Assembly: GCA_964016885.1 (NCBI GenBank)
Contig: OZ024751.1
Span: 34,968,001-35,032,000, forward strand
DNA length: 64,000 bases
Reading direction: 5' to 3'
From: Eledone cirrhosa
Taxonomy: Eukaryota
The stretch's first letter is position 1. Every line of letters starts with the position of its first letter. Made by a program: the position numbers and the translations under genes. Below the pieces are notes generated by a model that saw only the letters and a list, made by a program, of their open reading frames with translations, made no database searches and had not been told where the DNA came from. Of the stretch, positions 38,121-49,975 are shown piece after piece.

Positions 38121-38890
38121 CTCTGTAATAATTCAGGAAGGAAGGGGCTGGTGAAACGCTATAGCAATGTGTGTGTGTTGTGTACCTTTCAGGTTTACCG
38201 GTTTCGTAGCCTATTTGAAGATTTTATTATAATTATGAACCTTATAATTCAATTAATTATGAATAATTTTGAGCTATTTATCACAATTGTTAGTTAATTA
38301 CTAACATAGTAACTTACCATATGGTTGTTATATAGAATTTTGTTGGAAGACTTTAATTTAGATAGGAACCATTTCCATAGTACGAGAACTAATTTTGGCT
38401 GGGTTTCTACCAAAAGGGTTAATGAAGAATTTTGAACAATTTACTAAAATTATTAATTATTTCATTACTAAGATAATGTGTGAATACACAATTATATGTG
38501 TGTATATATATATAAACAGTATATATATATATAGTATATATATATATAAACAGTATATATATATATAGTATATATATATATAAACAGTATATATATAGTA
38601 TACAAAAGATGTAGTGGGATAGTGTGTAGTCTTAAGACAAGTCTGTCCAGATAGCTGCGCTGTAACTTACACTTATTGGGACTGTGTGTTGGCAAGCAGG
38701 CCTGTATTTTGGGATCTAGCTGGTCCATTATGAGGGAGGTCTGGTTAGTTGGCAGCACCATGCCTTACTTGTGGTATATGTATGTATAGAAATAAGTTAT
38801 TGTATATGCATAACTGTCCATCTATATGTATACATGTATGTTTACTTATATCTTTGCATACATATATACATTTTCAGATGTATACACGTA

Positions 38891-40811
38891 ATGGTCACCC
38901 GGATAGTAAACCAAGTCATACAGAATGGGGTTGTTCTGAAGGACTGGCGTAGCAGCATCATCATTAACTGTTACAAGGGTAAAGGAGATGCCCTAGATAG
39001 GAGTAACTATAGAGGCATTAAATTAATCGACCAGGTCATGAAGGTCACGGAAAAAGTAATAGCGCAACTAATCAGAGAGAGAATTGATCTAGATGAAATG
39101 CAGTTCGGGTTTGTGTCAGGTAAAAGTACCACAGACGCTCTTTTCATTGTACGACAACTACAGGAGAAGTACCTAGTTAAAAGTAAACCCCTATACTTAG
39201 CTTTTGTTGACTTGGAGAAAGCCTTCGACAGAGTCCCCCGTTCCATTATCTGGTGGGCTCTTAGAAAACTAGGTGTTGAGGAATGGCTTGTGAGAGCTAT
39301 ACGAGCCATGTATAAAGAAACAGTCAGCAAGGTTAGAATTAACAACGAATATAGTGAAGAGTTTAGCGTAAAAGTTGGTGTTCATCAGGGCTCCGTCCTT
39401 AGCCCCCTACTATTTATTATTGCCCTTCAGGCTATAACAGTGGAGTTCAAGACCGGCTGCCCATGGGAACTCCTATACGCAGATGATCTAACGCTCATAG
39501 CTGAATCAATGGCCGAGCTAGAGAAGAAATTCCAAACATGGAAGCAAGGCCTAGAATCAGAAGGCCTTAAAATTAACCTGGCTAAGACTAAAGTTCTAGT
39601 TTGTAGGAAAGAAAATAAGGCGCCGGTCCCTTCCGGGAAATGGCCATGCTCAGTGTGTAGGAAAGGCGTAGGTAGAAACTCCATTTTATGTCCCAAATGC
39701 AAAGTATGGGTTCATAAAAGATGTAGTGGGATCACAGGTAAGCTAACTAAGAACATAGATTTTACATGTGGCCGGTGCTCTGGTGCAATAAGTAGCAGCA
39801 AGTGCCCACAAAATACTAGCTCTTTCAATTGCGCAGAGGGTTCTATAGAAATAGTGGACAGCTTCCGTTACCTGGGTGACAAAATCAGCAGTGGGGGAGG
39901 GTGCTCTGAAAGTACAGTAGCTAGAGTCAGAACTGGATGGAAAAAGTTCAGAGAGCTTATACCACTATTAGCCGCTAAAGGGTTCTCCCTAAAAATGAAA
40001 GGCAGGTTGTATGATGCCTGCATATGAACAGCAATGTTGCATGGCAGTGAGACCTGGGCATTGTGTGCAGAGGATATACGCAGACTAGAGAGGAACGAAG
40101 CTTGCATGCTTCGCTGGATGTGTAATAGTAATATATGTGAACGGCAAAGCATAAACGAACTAAGGGAAAAATTAGAAATAAGAGGGATCAGATGTTGTGT
40201 ACTCGAGAGAAGACTACGTTGGTATGGTCCACGTGATGCGGATGAAAGACGACAGCTGTATAAAAAAAATGCAGGGCAATAAAGATAGACGGTAGCCACG
40301 GAGTAGGCAGACCCAGAAAAACCTGGGACGACTTGATAAATTCCGACCTCACACACTTACACCTCTCCAAGACAATGTCACTGGACCGAGATCTTTGGCG
40401 GTACTCAGTAATAGAGAAGACCCGCCTTACCTAGATACAAAGTAAAACCTACTACAGTCAGTAGGCACCTCTAACAAAATACACCCCCACCCCATCCACA
40501 CCGCCCCTTTCAATGTAAAGTTATGTTGGTGCCACAACATCCAGGCCGAAACAAATGAGGTCGTGTAGGTGTCACGACAAAAAAAAAAAACACAGTCCAC
40601 GCAGTAATGTGGCCGTGTAGGTAACACGGTAAAAACCTCCCAGTCCCACACTGTAAATGCGGTTGGTGTTAGGAAGGGCATCCAGCTGTAGAAAACCCGC
40701 CAGACAGTCCTATGCGAGCAAGACAACCACTCTTGCCTCAAGTGGGAAAATTCCCGTCCAAACCCATGCAAGCGTGGAATATGGACGTTAAACGATGATG
40801 ATGATGATGAT
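38891..40811 (+). mobile_element. 5'-truncated RTE-clade LINE with RT and PHD-like finger, pseudogenised
   Basis: Motifs NYRGIKL, QFGF, FVDLEKAFDRV, GVHQGSVLSPLLF, YADD, C4HC3 cluster and FRYLG. Premature TGA at 40025-40027 before LHGSETW; frameshifts near 40230 and 40265; GRPRKTW; stop at 40432-40434; 3' UTR with (GAT)n tail. Confidence 0.95.
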
Positions 40812-40834
40812 ATATATATATATATATATATATA

Positions 40835-41958
40835 TTCCTTTGACATTTCTTAGAAAAAAAATGAAAAAGTTTTGTGAGAACCCCAATGTTTATTTATTTT
40901 ATTTTATTTTTAAATAAAATTAATAACATTAATTTTATTTTGAAATTAGGTTTATAAATATTAATTATCAGCAGACCTTTGTAGCAGTCTTGGCGGCTTA
41001 GTGGGAAGTACCAGAGATGGTGAGGTCCTTGTCTGTAGGTTCAATCCTGGTCTGGGAGTTCAATCATTGCTGTAATGTGTCCTGTTAATCTTTTTTTAAA
41101 TTTTCCTCAGAAAAAACTGAAAATCTTTGGTGAGAACCCCAATGTCTATTTATCTAATATAATTTAATTTATTTTATTTTATTTTACTTTAGTTAAATTG
41201 TCAAAACCACTGGTGATCTAAAGTTAGAGGAGACAGATAAAATAGACATATTGTCTCCTCAACCTTTAGATCTTCAGTGTTTTCGACAATTTAACTAAAA
41301 TAAAAAATTAAATTCAATATAATTAAATAAATAGGGGTTCTCTTTTTCAAAGAGATATAGAAAGAAAATTATAAAAGATTAACATGACACCTTACATGTA
41401 ACTCATGGACCAGGATTGAACCTGAGTCCCCAATTCAACCCTCAGACCAGGATTGAACACCCAGAACAGGATCTCACCATCTCTGGTACTTCCCACTAAG
41501 CTACCGAGACTGATACAAAGATGTACTGAAATTTAATATTTATAAACCTACTTTCAAAATAAAATTAAAAATAAAATATATATATATATATATTCCTTTG
41601 ACATTTCTTAGAAAAAAGAACTGAAAAAGTTTTGTGAGAACGCCAATGTCTATTTATTTTATTTTATTTTTAATTAAATTAGTTATATTTTGAAAGTAGG
41701 TTTATAAATATTAATTTTCAATAGACCTTTGTAGCAGTCTTGGTGGCTTAGTGGGAAGTACCAGAGATGGTGAGATCCTTGTCTGTAAGTTCAATTCTTG
41801 CTTGGAGACATGTCTAATGTGTCCTATTAATCTTTTTTTAATTTTCCTTTTACATCTCTTAGAAATAACTGAAAATCTTTGGTGAGAACCCCAATGTCTA
41901 TTATCTAATATAATTAATTTAATTTAATTTAATTTAATTTTTATTTTAGTGAAACCAC
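40835..41958. mobile_element. Foldback element (arm / inverted arm / arm) with tRNA-like A and B boxes
   Basis: Centre GATCTAAAGTTAGAGGAGACA..TGTCTCCTCAACCTTTAGATC (~41215-41271). CTTAGTGGGAAGTACCAGAGATGGTGAG occurs at ~40998 (+), ~41475-41500 (-) and ~41747 (+). Confidence 0.8.
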
Positions 41959-42407
41959 TGTTGTATTCAAGAGACCAGGTGGAGGGGTGGGTCTGCTAGA
42001 TTCATCGTGGGTAAAGAACGGTGCTATGAACTTTTCTGGGTGGGAAATGACAATGGGCTGGGTATACACATACCACCCCACCACCCCACCACCCCACCGT
42101 AAAGTGGTCGTGGAGGCGCCACGGCAAAAAAGCACCCAGCCCGCTCTGTAAAGCTGACGTGGAGGTGCCACGGAAAAAAAAAAAGCACCCAGCACTCACT
42201 GCAAACTGGGTTGGCGTCAGGAAGGGCACCCAGCTGTAGAAACCAATCCAGAATCAGCTCCCACCCCACCCTTGCAAGCATGGAAAAGCGGACGTATGAT
42301 GAAGTTGATATATATATATATATATTAGTATATATATACACATACATATGTACACATATACACATACATATATATATATATATACACACACATATATATC
42401 AGTGTAC

Positions 42408-42446
<39 letters not shown>

Positions 42447-43091
42447 AATGAATATTTATTCAATTTAAAGCGCCAATTATCTATATATAACAAGATATGA
42501 ATTTTTCTAGGGATGGGGAAATTTTCAGTTTGTTTTTATATTTTCACTTCATTTTTTACTTTCTATTTAATACAGTCTTTGATCCAATATAATCCTGACA
42601 GTATTTGAACCAGTTTACCTCATATATATGTATGCACACACAACACTCAAGTTTCGCCATCTACTGCTATTTCATTCATATTTATTGTTTAATTAACTCT
42701 GGTCTAATTCATCAACTATTGTTAATTATATTATTACGTAGATTTCTTATAAAATCTAGTGCATATATACGTGTATATATACAGGGAGACACTGTGTAAT
42801 AGATGTAAAGAGAGTGGGAGATAGAGTTATAGAAGTAAAGAGAGGGAGAGAAATAAGCGGTAGATAGAGCAATAGATGTAAAGAGAGGGTTAGAACGTTC
42901 AACTTGACAGTCAGTACATATGCCAACTACCCAACCGGCCAGCCAGCCGTATTTGCGGTTGACTGGCCAGTTGGGCGGTTGGTATGTGGAACGTTCAAAT
43001 ATACAGTCAGTACCAAAGTTCAACATTGTAGCCAGTGCATATGCCGATCGCCGCGACCTCTTTGCTCTATTTAAATGACCTGGAACTAAGT

Positions 43092-43204
43092 AAAAAGAGT
43101 AGGAGATAACTCGACAAGAGCGGAGAGGGTGAGATTCGAACCATGTAAAGTCGTTGGCTCCTGAACTTCGTAAGCGGGGCTGCTACTGACTGAGCAACGC
43201 CGGC
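43092..43204 (-). ncRNA. Candidate tRNA-like Pol III small RNA, copy 6
   Basis: 5' end GCCGGCGTTGCTCAGTCAGTAGCAGC; B box and T5 intact. Confidence 0.5.
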
Positions 43205-43975
43205 AGCAAGGCAAATCGCTCATAAATAACGCTTATATCGAGAAAATAAAACAAAAATTTCAATGTTGCACTCTTGTTTGTTGTTCTTTTATTTTACGTA
43301 AACATTTCGCTGCTCTAGCCTCTTATTTCCTATTAGATTACACTTAATTCCATTAAACATTCATTCTTAGTCTCGTGGTAAACTATTTCATCTATATTTA
43401 TATCGCTGTTACAGCCTTTTATTTCTACATCTATCACCTATAGCCACTGTTACGCCGGTAGTATAAGTAGCTTTATAACAAGAAACGATGATATAACTCC
43501 ACAAAATGTCTTCTTGAGCAAGACACTTCACCTCATATTGCTCCAGTACACCGAGTTACACATAGACAGATACATACATACACATATATATGTACACAGA
43601 TAGAAATAAGAGGGAGATAGAGTAAAAGATGTAAAGATAGTGTAAAAGATTTAAAGAGAGGGTGAGAGTGTGACACACATTTATCTGTCTATCTCTCTCT
43701 ATTTTAACACCGGTCGTTATAATTAGTTTTATAACACCGCTATATTACCGACATGAAAGAGGTAAATAATTATTTCTTAAATGTTTAGAACATGTTTCTC
43801 TTGTCTTCTTAAATGTATAGAACATGTTTCTTATTTATATTCTTAACATAGCTAGGACCTTATCTCATTTACTGGTCTCTACTTTTAGGGCTTTGCTGGT
43901 CCCATGTGCCCTCCATGAAGACACACTCGCCCCTTCTCTCTCAGTCTCCGTACTAATTACTACACATACGTATAT

Positions 43976-46220
43976 ATATTTATTTTAAGAAACCTTAATG
44001 ACAAATAATATAAAGTGTTTGTAAAGTGGGGAAGAGTAGTTTTACGGTGGGGTTGTTATATAGATATCGTTTTTGCAGTGGGGTCGTGACTGGCGTATAA
44101 TAATGAGTAACTGTTGATGTATATACAAATCATATTTTGGATATAAGTGAAGTTATTTAAGAGATTTAGTTGTTTTGTATACATTCCAGTTGTTGTCTCC
44201 CTGTTTCTTCTTCAACAACTATAACGGTACGCGATGGGGCCCACCCACAGCCCCGGCGGACAGAGTGGAGAAGGCGTTTCCCCGGGGCACGGCAAGGGAG
44301 ACGCGCTGGAAAAGCCACTCCAACTCGCGGGGCTCACACCTGCGACTGGCCAGCTCAGCGCCTATGGGGGTGAGTAAGGAGGTAGCCCTGGGGTCGAGGA
44401 CACCAGAAGTCTCCACTTCCAGGGGTACGACCGCAAACCTGTCGGAGAGTGAACGATATGTGAGGAGTTTGGCCCTCTCAGCCTGACGTGCAGCAGAACC
44501 TGGGCCAGTCGCAGACTGCACCAGGTTGCGGCTGCAGAAAGTGTCGGTGCAAGTGGCATCCCAGACGAGGGGTTTGCCACCGCGGAACGGGAAGATGGTC
44601 ATGCCATCTGGCCTTTTGCCGTCCCCTGGAGCTGGGAAGGGAAGCCTGCAGCGTCCAAGCCATGCTTAATGATTTCGTTGAGGGCAGCATGGCGTGGATT
44701 GCGGCTGGCACTGTGGCGACAGGAAAGCGGGTGGAGGCCGAAAGAGTCCATGGTGGAACGGCAGCGACATTGGTGTGAGGCCGAGCCTCAGGGAAACGCC
44801 GATGCGCAAGCTATGGTTGTCTAGCTGCGTGCGAGTGGAGAAGGAGGGCAGGGCATGGAGCCAGGCCCCACTGTGGGGTTTGGAGGCCGCACGAAAACAA
44901 ACAAGGCGGTGCTGGTCGAGCTGGCACGTGAGCCTGTCTGAGGCCAGGCTGCACTGGATGGCATCCCAAGTGTGTTGGGGGGACTTGACGTCAACAGGGG
45001 GAGAAGGAGGAGGAACGTCTACTGGGCTAAGTCCCAGCCGGTGCCACGTCTCACAGGCGGCCACGCGTTCTCTGAACACAGAGGGTTCTGTTGTGTTTTG
45101 AAGAACCCTGCTGAGATGGACGTGGTACGAGGTTACCGATGAAAGATACGCCGGCAAAGCTAGTGAGATCGCGGACTGGAGGCGAAGGTCGCCATACCTG
45201 ATAGGTAAAGTTGCATATCTCATCGGCTACTGCTCGGATACAAGTCTGGGTGTAGCACAGAGTGTATAGAGGAGCTTCGGCATGGCGTAGCAGTTCCTCA
45301 GCAGAAAGAGAACTGGGTGGCCATCAATCAAGCCCAGTCGGCTCGTGAGAGTCTGAACTTGATGGTGGAGCGGATGGCCGGCGGGTGGATCGGTGAGGGC
45401 ATCCTCTTTGGGGGTCACCTGAACCTGGCGGAGAATGGACCGCACGTCCAAGACGGAGACTGCAAAGCTTGCAGCATCGAGGCTGACATTCACCACCTCC
45501 GACTTGGCTGAGTTGACCTGGAGGTCGATTCCCGCCAGGGCAGGAACCACCGATTGAAGGTCATGGCAGACCGCCTGTACGGGCCCACCCAAAGTAGCAT
45601 CATCCAGATACCAAACGTTGAGAGGGGCCGTTATACTCCAGGCGATGTGGTCAATACCAAGGGTGAACAGGAGGGGTCCCAAAGGGTTGCCCTGTTGGAT
45701 CCCAGTAGCCAAGGGTATGACCGTATCAGCAGCATGGCGCATGCTTGGGGCTCCATATGACAGGTAGGCAGAGGGGGCTCGGCTGAGGCAGGCCTCGAGC
45801 AGATGATCCCAGCGTAAAGAGTTGAAGGCATTCCTCATGTCAAACTTGACAATGAGGTGGCTGGAGGCCCTGGATGCCGGTTCCGAGTGTTACGGACTTG
45901 CAGATTACCTTGGCAGCCAGCCTCCGGAAGACATTGCCCACAGCAATGGGGCGTATGCCATCCTCTTTCTTCCTGAGAGCGGTGAGGCTGGCCGAAAAAA
46001 AGAGGCCTCGAGCATAAGAGTCCAGGGCGCCATGGATGAGCCTATTGGTGAGCGCCACAATTGCACTCAGAAGGCGGCGCCCGGCCTCAGCGGAGAGGGG
46101 AGATATCAACTCCTTGAGGAGGCCTGGTCAGAGACCATCAACATCTCCGCAGCTGCTAGCTGGGAAGGACCTGATGGCGGACATGATGTCTGCATCAGAA
46201 GCCACAACGAGCAAGTGTGG
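43976..46220 (-). mobile_element. CRE-clade retrotransposon, copy 6 (least decayed)
   Basis: Retains GKRPDG, longer open frames (44666-45223, 45227-45838) and ~35 extra bp of 3' UTR. Confidence 0.9.
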
Positions 46221-48264
46221 ATTACAATACAAAACCTCTGAGAATGATTTCTAAGATATTTCACCATAATTAATTTTCATCAATATATATTAATATTATT
46301 ATTGTTTATTAGGTCAGGTGGATTGGCCAGAACAATTCTACTCTTCTTTTTTAGATGTCACGATTTTTCATGGCATTCCTGAGATCATTAATCTCCAGCT
46401 GGAGATCCAGAGACATCTGATGTATGTAGGTGAACCTCAGTCATCCCACTTGGCTCTTACTATGTTTAGGTATCCACCACAGGAGCCAGCTCATCAGGTC
46501 ATCCTACCCTCAGCAGCAATGTCCAGCATCTATTGATTTCCGCTCCCTAGTTATTGTGGTAATCTTCGATATCTGGGAATATATTTCTTCTGCTTAAGGG
46601 AGTAATAAATATATAGTTTTAAAAAAAACATATATATACACACACATATATATATGTTGTCATTTATAAGAGTTCTCTATCAAAAGCCTTCTCTATGTCC
46701 AAAGCTAAGTATAGTGGCTTATTTTTCTCTAAGAACCTCTTTTGTAGTTGTCTCACTAAGAAGAGGGCATCTGTTGCACTTTTCAGCGGCACAAAACCAA
46801 ACTGCATCTCATACACATACATACATATACATACATACATACATATACACATACATACATACATCATCATCATCATCATCATCATCATTTCGTTTTAAGT
46901 CCGCTTTTTCCCTGCTTGCAAATGTGGGACGGGAACTGATTCTGGCTTGATTTCTACAGCTGGATGCCCTTCCTAACACCAACCTCATTTACAGTGAGTG
47001 CTGAGTGCTTTTTTGCCGTGGCACCTCCACGACCACTTTGCAGTGGAATGATATGGACCCCAGTCCCTATCATCTCATTTCTACAGCTGAGTAAACTGGA
47101 GCAATGTGAAATAAAGTGTCTTGCTCAAGGAAACAACACATCACCCGGTCTGAGAATTGAACTCACAACCTTTCGATTGCCAGGCCAATGCTCGAACCAC
47201 TAAGCCATGTGCCTCCATATACATATACATACACATACATATACATATACATACATATATATATACATACATACATATATACACATACATACATACATAC
47301 ACATACATACACATATACATACATATATATACATACATACACATACATAGATATATATATATACATAATATAAATATACATACATACACATACATAAGCA
47401 TATACACATAAGTATATATACATATACACACGTATATATACATATACATACATACATATATACACATACATACATATATACATACATACACACATATACA
47501 TACACATACATACATATACATACATATACACATACATACATATATATATATACGTACACACACATATATACATACACACACATATATACAAACACATACA
47601 TATACACATATATACACATACATACACATACATATACATACATATACACATATACACTCATATATACATATACATACATACACACACATACATACATATA
47701 TACATATACATACATAAAGACAAATCCACCTCATGGACGAGAATGCAAGGGCTCCTCCTCTTTGTTTCGGCCGCGGATGGCTAACCCTAACCCCATCCCC
47801 GCTCCCCACCGCTCCCAACCTCCAAACGCAATCCAAAACTTCAGAGTTGGTACCATTAATGTAGGCACCTTATAGGGTGGCTCTAACGAGGTTGTAGAAA
47901 TGCTTGAACGTAAGGAGGTCGATGTTTGTTGTATTCAAGAGACCAGGTGGAGGGGTGGGTCTGCTAGATTCATCGTGGGTAAAGAACGATGCTATAAGCT
48001 TTTCTGTGTGGCAAATGACAATGGGCTGGGTATACACATACCACCCCACCACCCCACCGCAAAGTGGTCGTGGAGGCGCCGCGGCAAAAAAGCACCCAGC
48101 CCACACTGTAAAGCTGACGTGGAGGTGCCACAGAAAAAAAAAAGCACCCAGCACTCACTGCAAACGGGGTTGGCGTCAGGAAGGGCACCCAGCTGTAGAA
48201 ACCAATCCAGAATCAGCTCCCACCCCACCCTTGCAAGCATGGAAAAGCGGACGTATGATGAAGT

Positions 48265-48335
<71 letters not shown>

Positions 48336-49076
48336 TATATATATACACATATATATATACACACATATATATCAGTGTACATATATATATACATATATAT
48401 ATATATATAAATGAATATTTATTCAATTTAAAGCGCCAATTATCTATATATAACAAGATATGAATTTTTCTAGGGATGGGGAAATTTTCAGTTTGTTTTT
48501 ATATTTTCACTTCATTTTTTACTTTCTATTTAATACAGTCTTTGATCCAATATAATCCTGACAGTATTTGAACCAGTTTACCTCATATATATGTATGCAC
48601 ACACAACACTCAAGTTTCGCCATCTACTGCTATTTCATTCATATTTATTGTTTAATTAACTCTGGTCTAATTCATCAACTATTGTTAATTATATTATTAC
48701 GTAGATTTCTTATAAAATCTAGTGCATATATACGTGTATATATACAGGGAGACACTGTAATAGATGTAAAGAGAGTGGGAGATAGAGTTATAGAAGTAAA
48801 GAGAGGGGGAGAAATAAGCGGTAGATAGAGTAATAGATGTAAAGAGAGGGTTAGAACGTTCAACTTGACAGTCAGTACAATGTTCAGCATGGTAGCCAGT
48901 ACATATGCCAACTACCCAACCGGCCAGCCAGCCGCATATGCGGTTGACTGGCCAGTTGGGCGGTTGGTATGTGGAACGTTCAACTACGCAGTCAGTACCA
49001 AAGTTCAACATTGTAGCCAGTGCATATGCCGATCGCCGCGCCCTCTTTGCTCTATTTTAATGACCTGGAACTAAGT

Positions 49077-49189
49077 AAAAAGAGTAGGAGATAACTCGAC
49101 AAGAGCGGAGAGGGTGAGATTCGAACCATGTAAAGTCGTTGGCTCCTGAACTTCGTAAGCGGGGCTGCTACTGACTGAGCAGCGCCGGC
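49077..49189 (-). ncRNA. Candidate tRNA-like Pol III small RNA, copy 7
   Basis: As copy 4. Confidence 0.5.
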
Positions 49190-49975
49190 AGCAAGGCAAA
49201 TCGCGCATAAAATAACGCTTATATCGACAAAAAAAAAAAAAAAATTTCAATGTTGCACTCTTGTTTGTTGTTCTTTTATTTTACGTAAACATTTCGCTGC
49301 TCTAGCCTCTTATTTCCTATTAGATTACACTTAATTCCATTAAACATTCATTCTTAGTCTCGTGGTAAACTATTTCATCTATATTTATATCGCTGTTACA
49401 GCCTTTTATTTCTACATCTATCACCTATAGCCACTGTTACGCCGGTAGTATAAGTAGCTTTATAACAAGAAACGATGATATAACTCCACAAAATGTCTTC
49501 TTGAGCAAGACATTTCACTTCATATTGCTCCAGTACACCGAGTTACACATAGACAGATACATACATACATACACAGATAGAAATGAGAGGTAGATAGAGT
49601 AAAAGATTTAAAGAGAGTGTGAGAAGTACGAGTTAGATAGTGTAAAAGATTTAAAGAGAGGGTGAGAGTGTGACACACATTTATCTGTCTATCTCTCTCT
49701 ATTTTAACACCGGTCGTTATAATTAGTTTTATAACACCGCTATATTACCGACATGAAAGAGGTAAATAATTATTTCTTAAATGTTTAGAACATGTTTCTC
49801 TTGTCTTCTTAAATGTATAGAACATGTTTCTTATTTATATTCTTAACATAGCTAGGACCTTATCTCATTTACTGGTCTCTACTTTTAGGACTTTGCTGGT
49901 CCCATGTGCCCTCCATGAAGACACACTCGCCCCTTCTCTCTCAGTCTCCGTACTAATTACTACACATACGTATAT

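Larger units (their letters stand above)
36979..41958. repeat. Block X, copy 1 (~5 kb), replacing ~1.15 kb of the monomer
   Basis: Junctions TTCAGCGGC|TTAATT and GAAACCAC|TGTTGTATTC; near-identical to 58600-63600. Confidence 0.95.

Noticed and set aside
38190-38215. Minus-strand GAAACCGGTA resembling a hammerhead 3' half
   Set aside because: No CUGANGA or stem II upstream; at most a truncated relic.
38860-38880. TTTTCAG acceptor that might fuse RMND5 exon 1 to the RT ORF
   Set aside because: The acceptor is phase 2 in the RT frame while the donor is phase 1; the polypyrimidine tract is weak.
38771-40027. Active or domesticated RT gene
   Set aside because: No endonuclease domain, the N-terminus is microsatellite-like, and there is a premature stop plus two frameshifts downstream.
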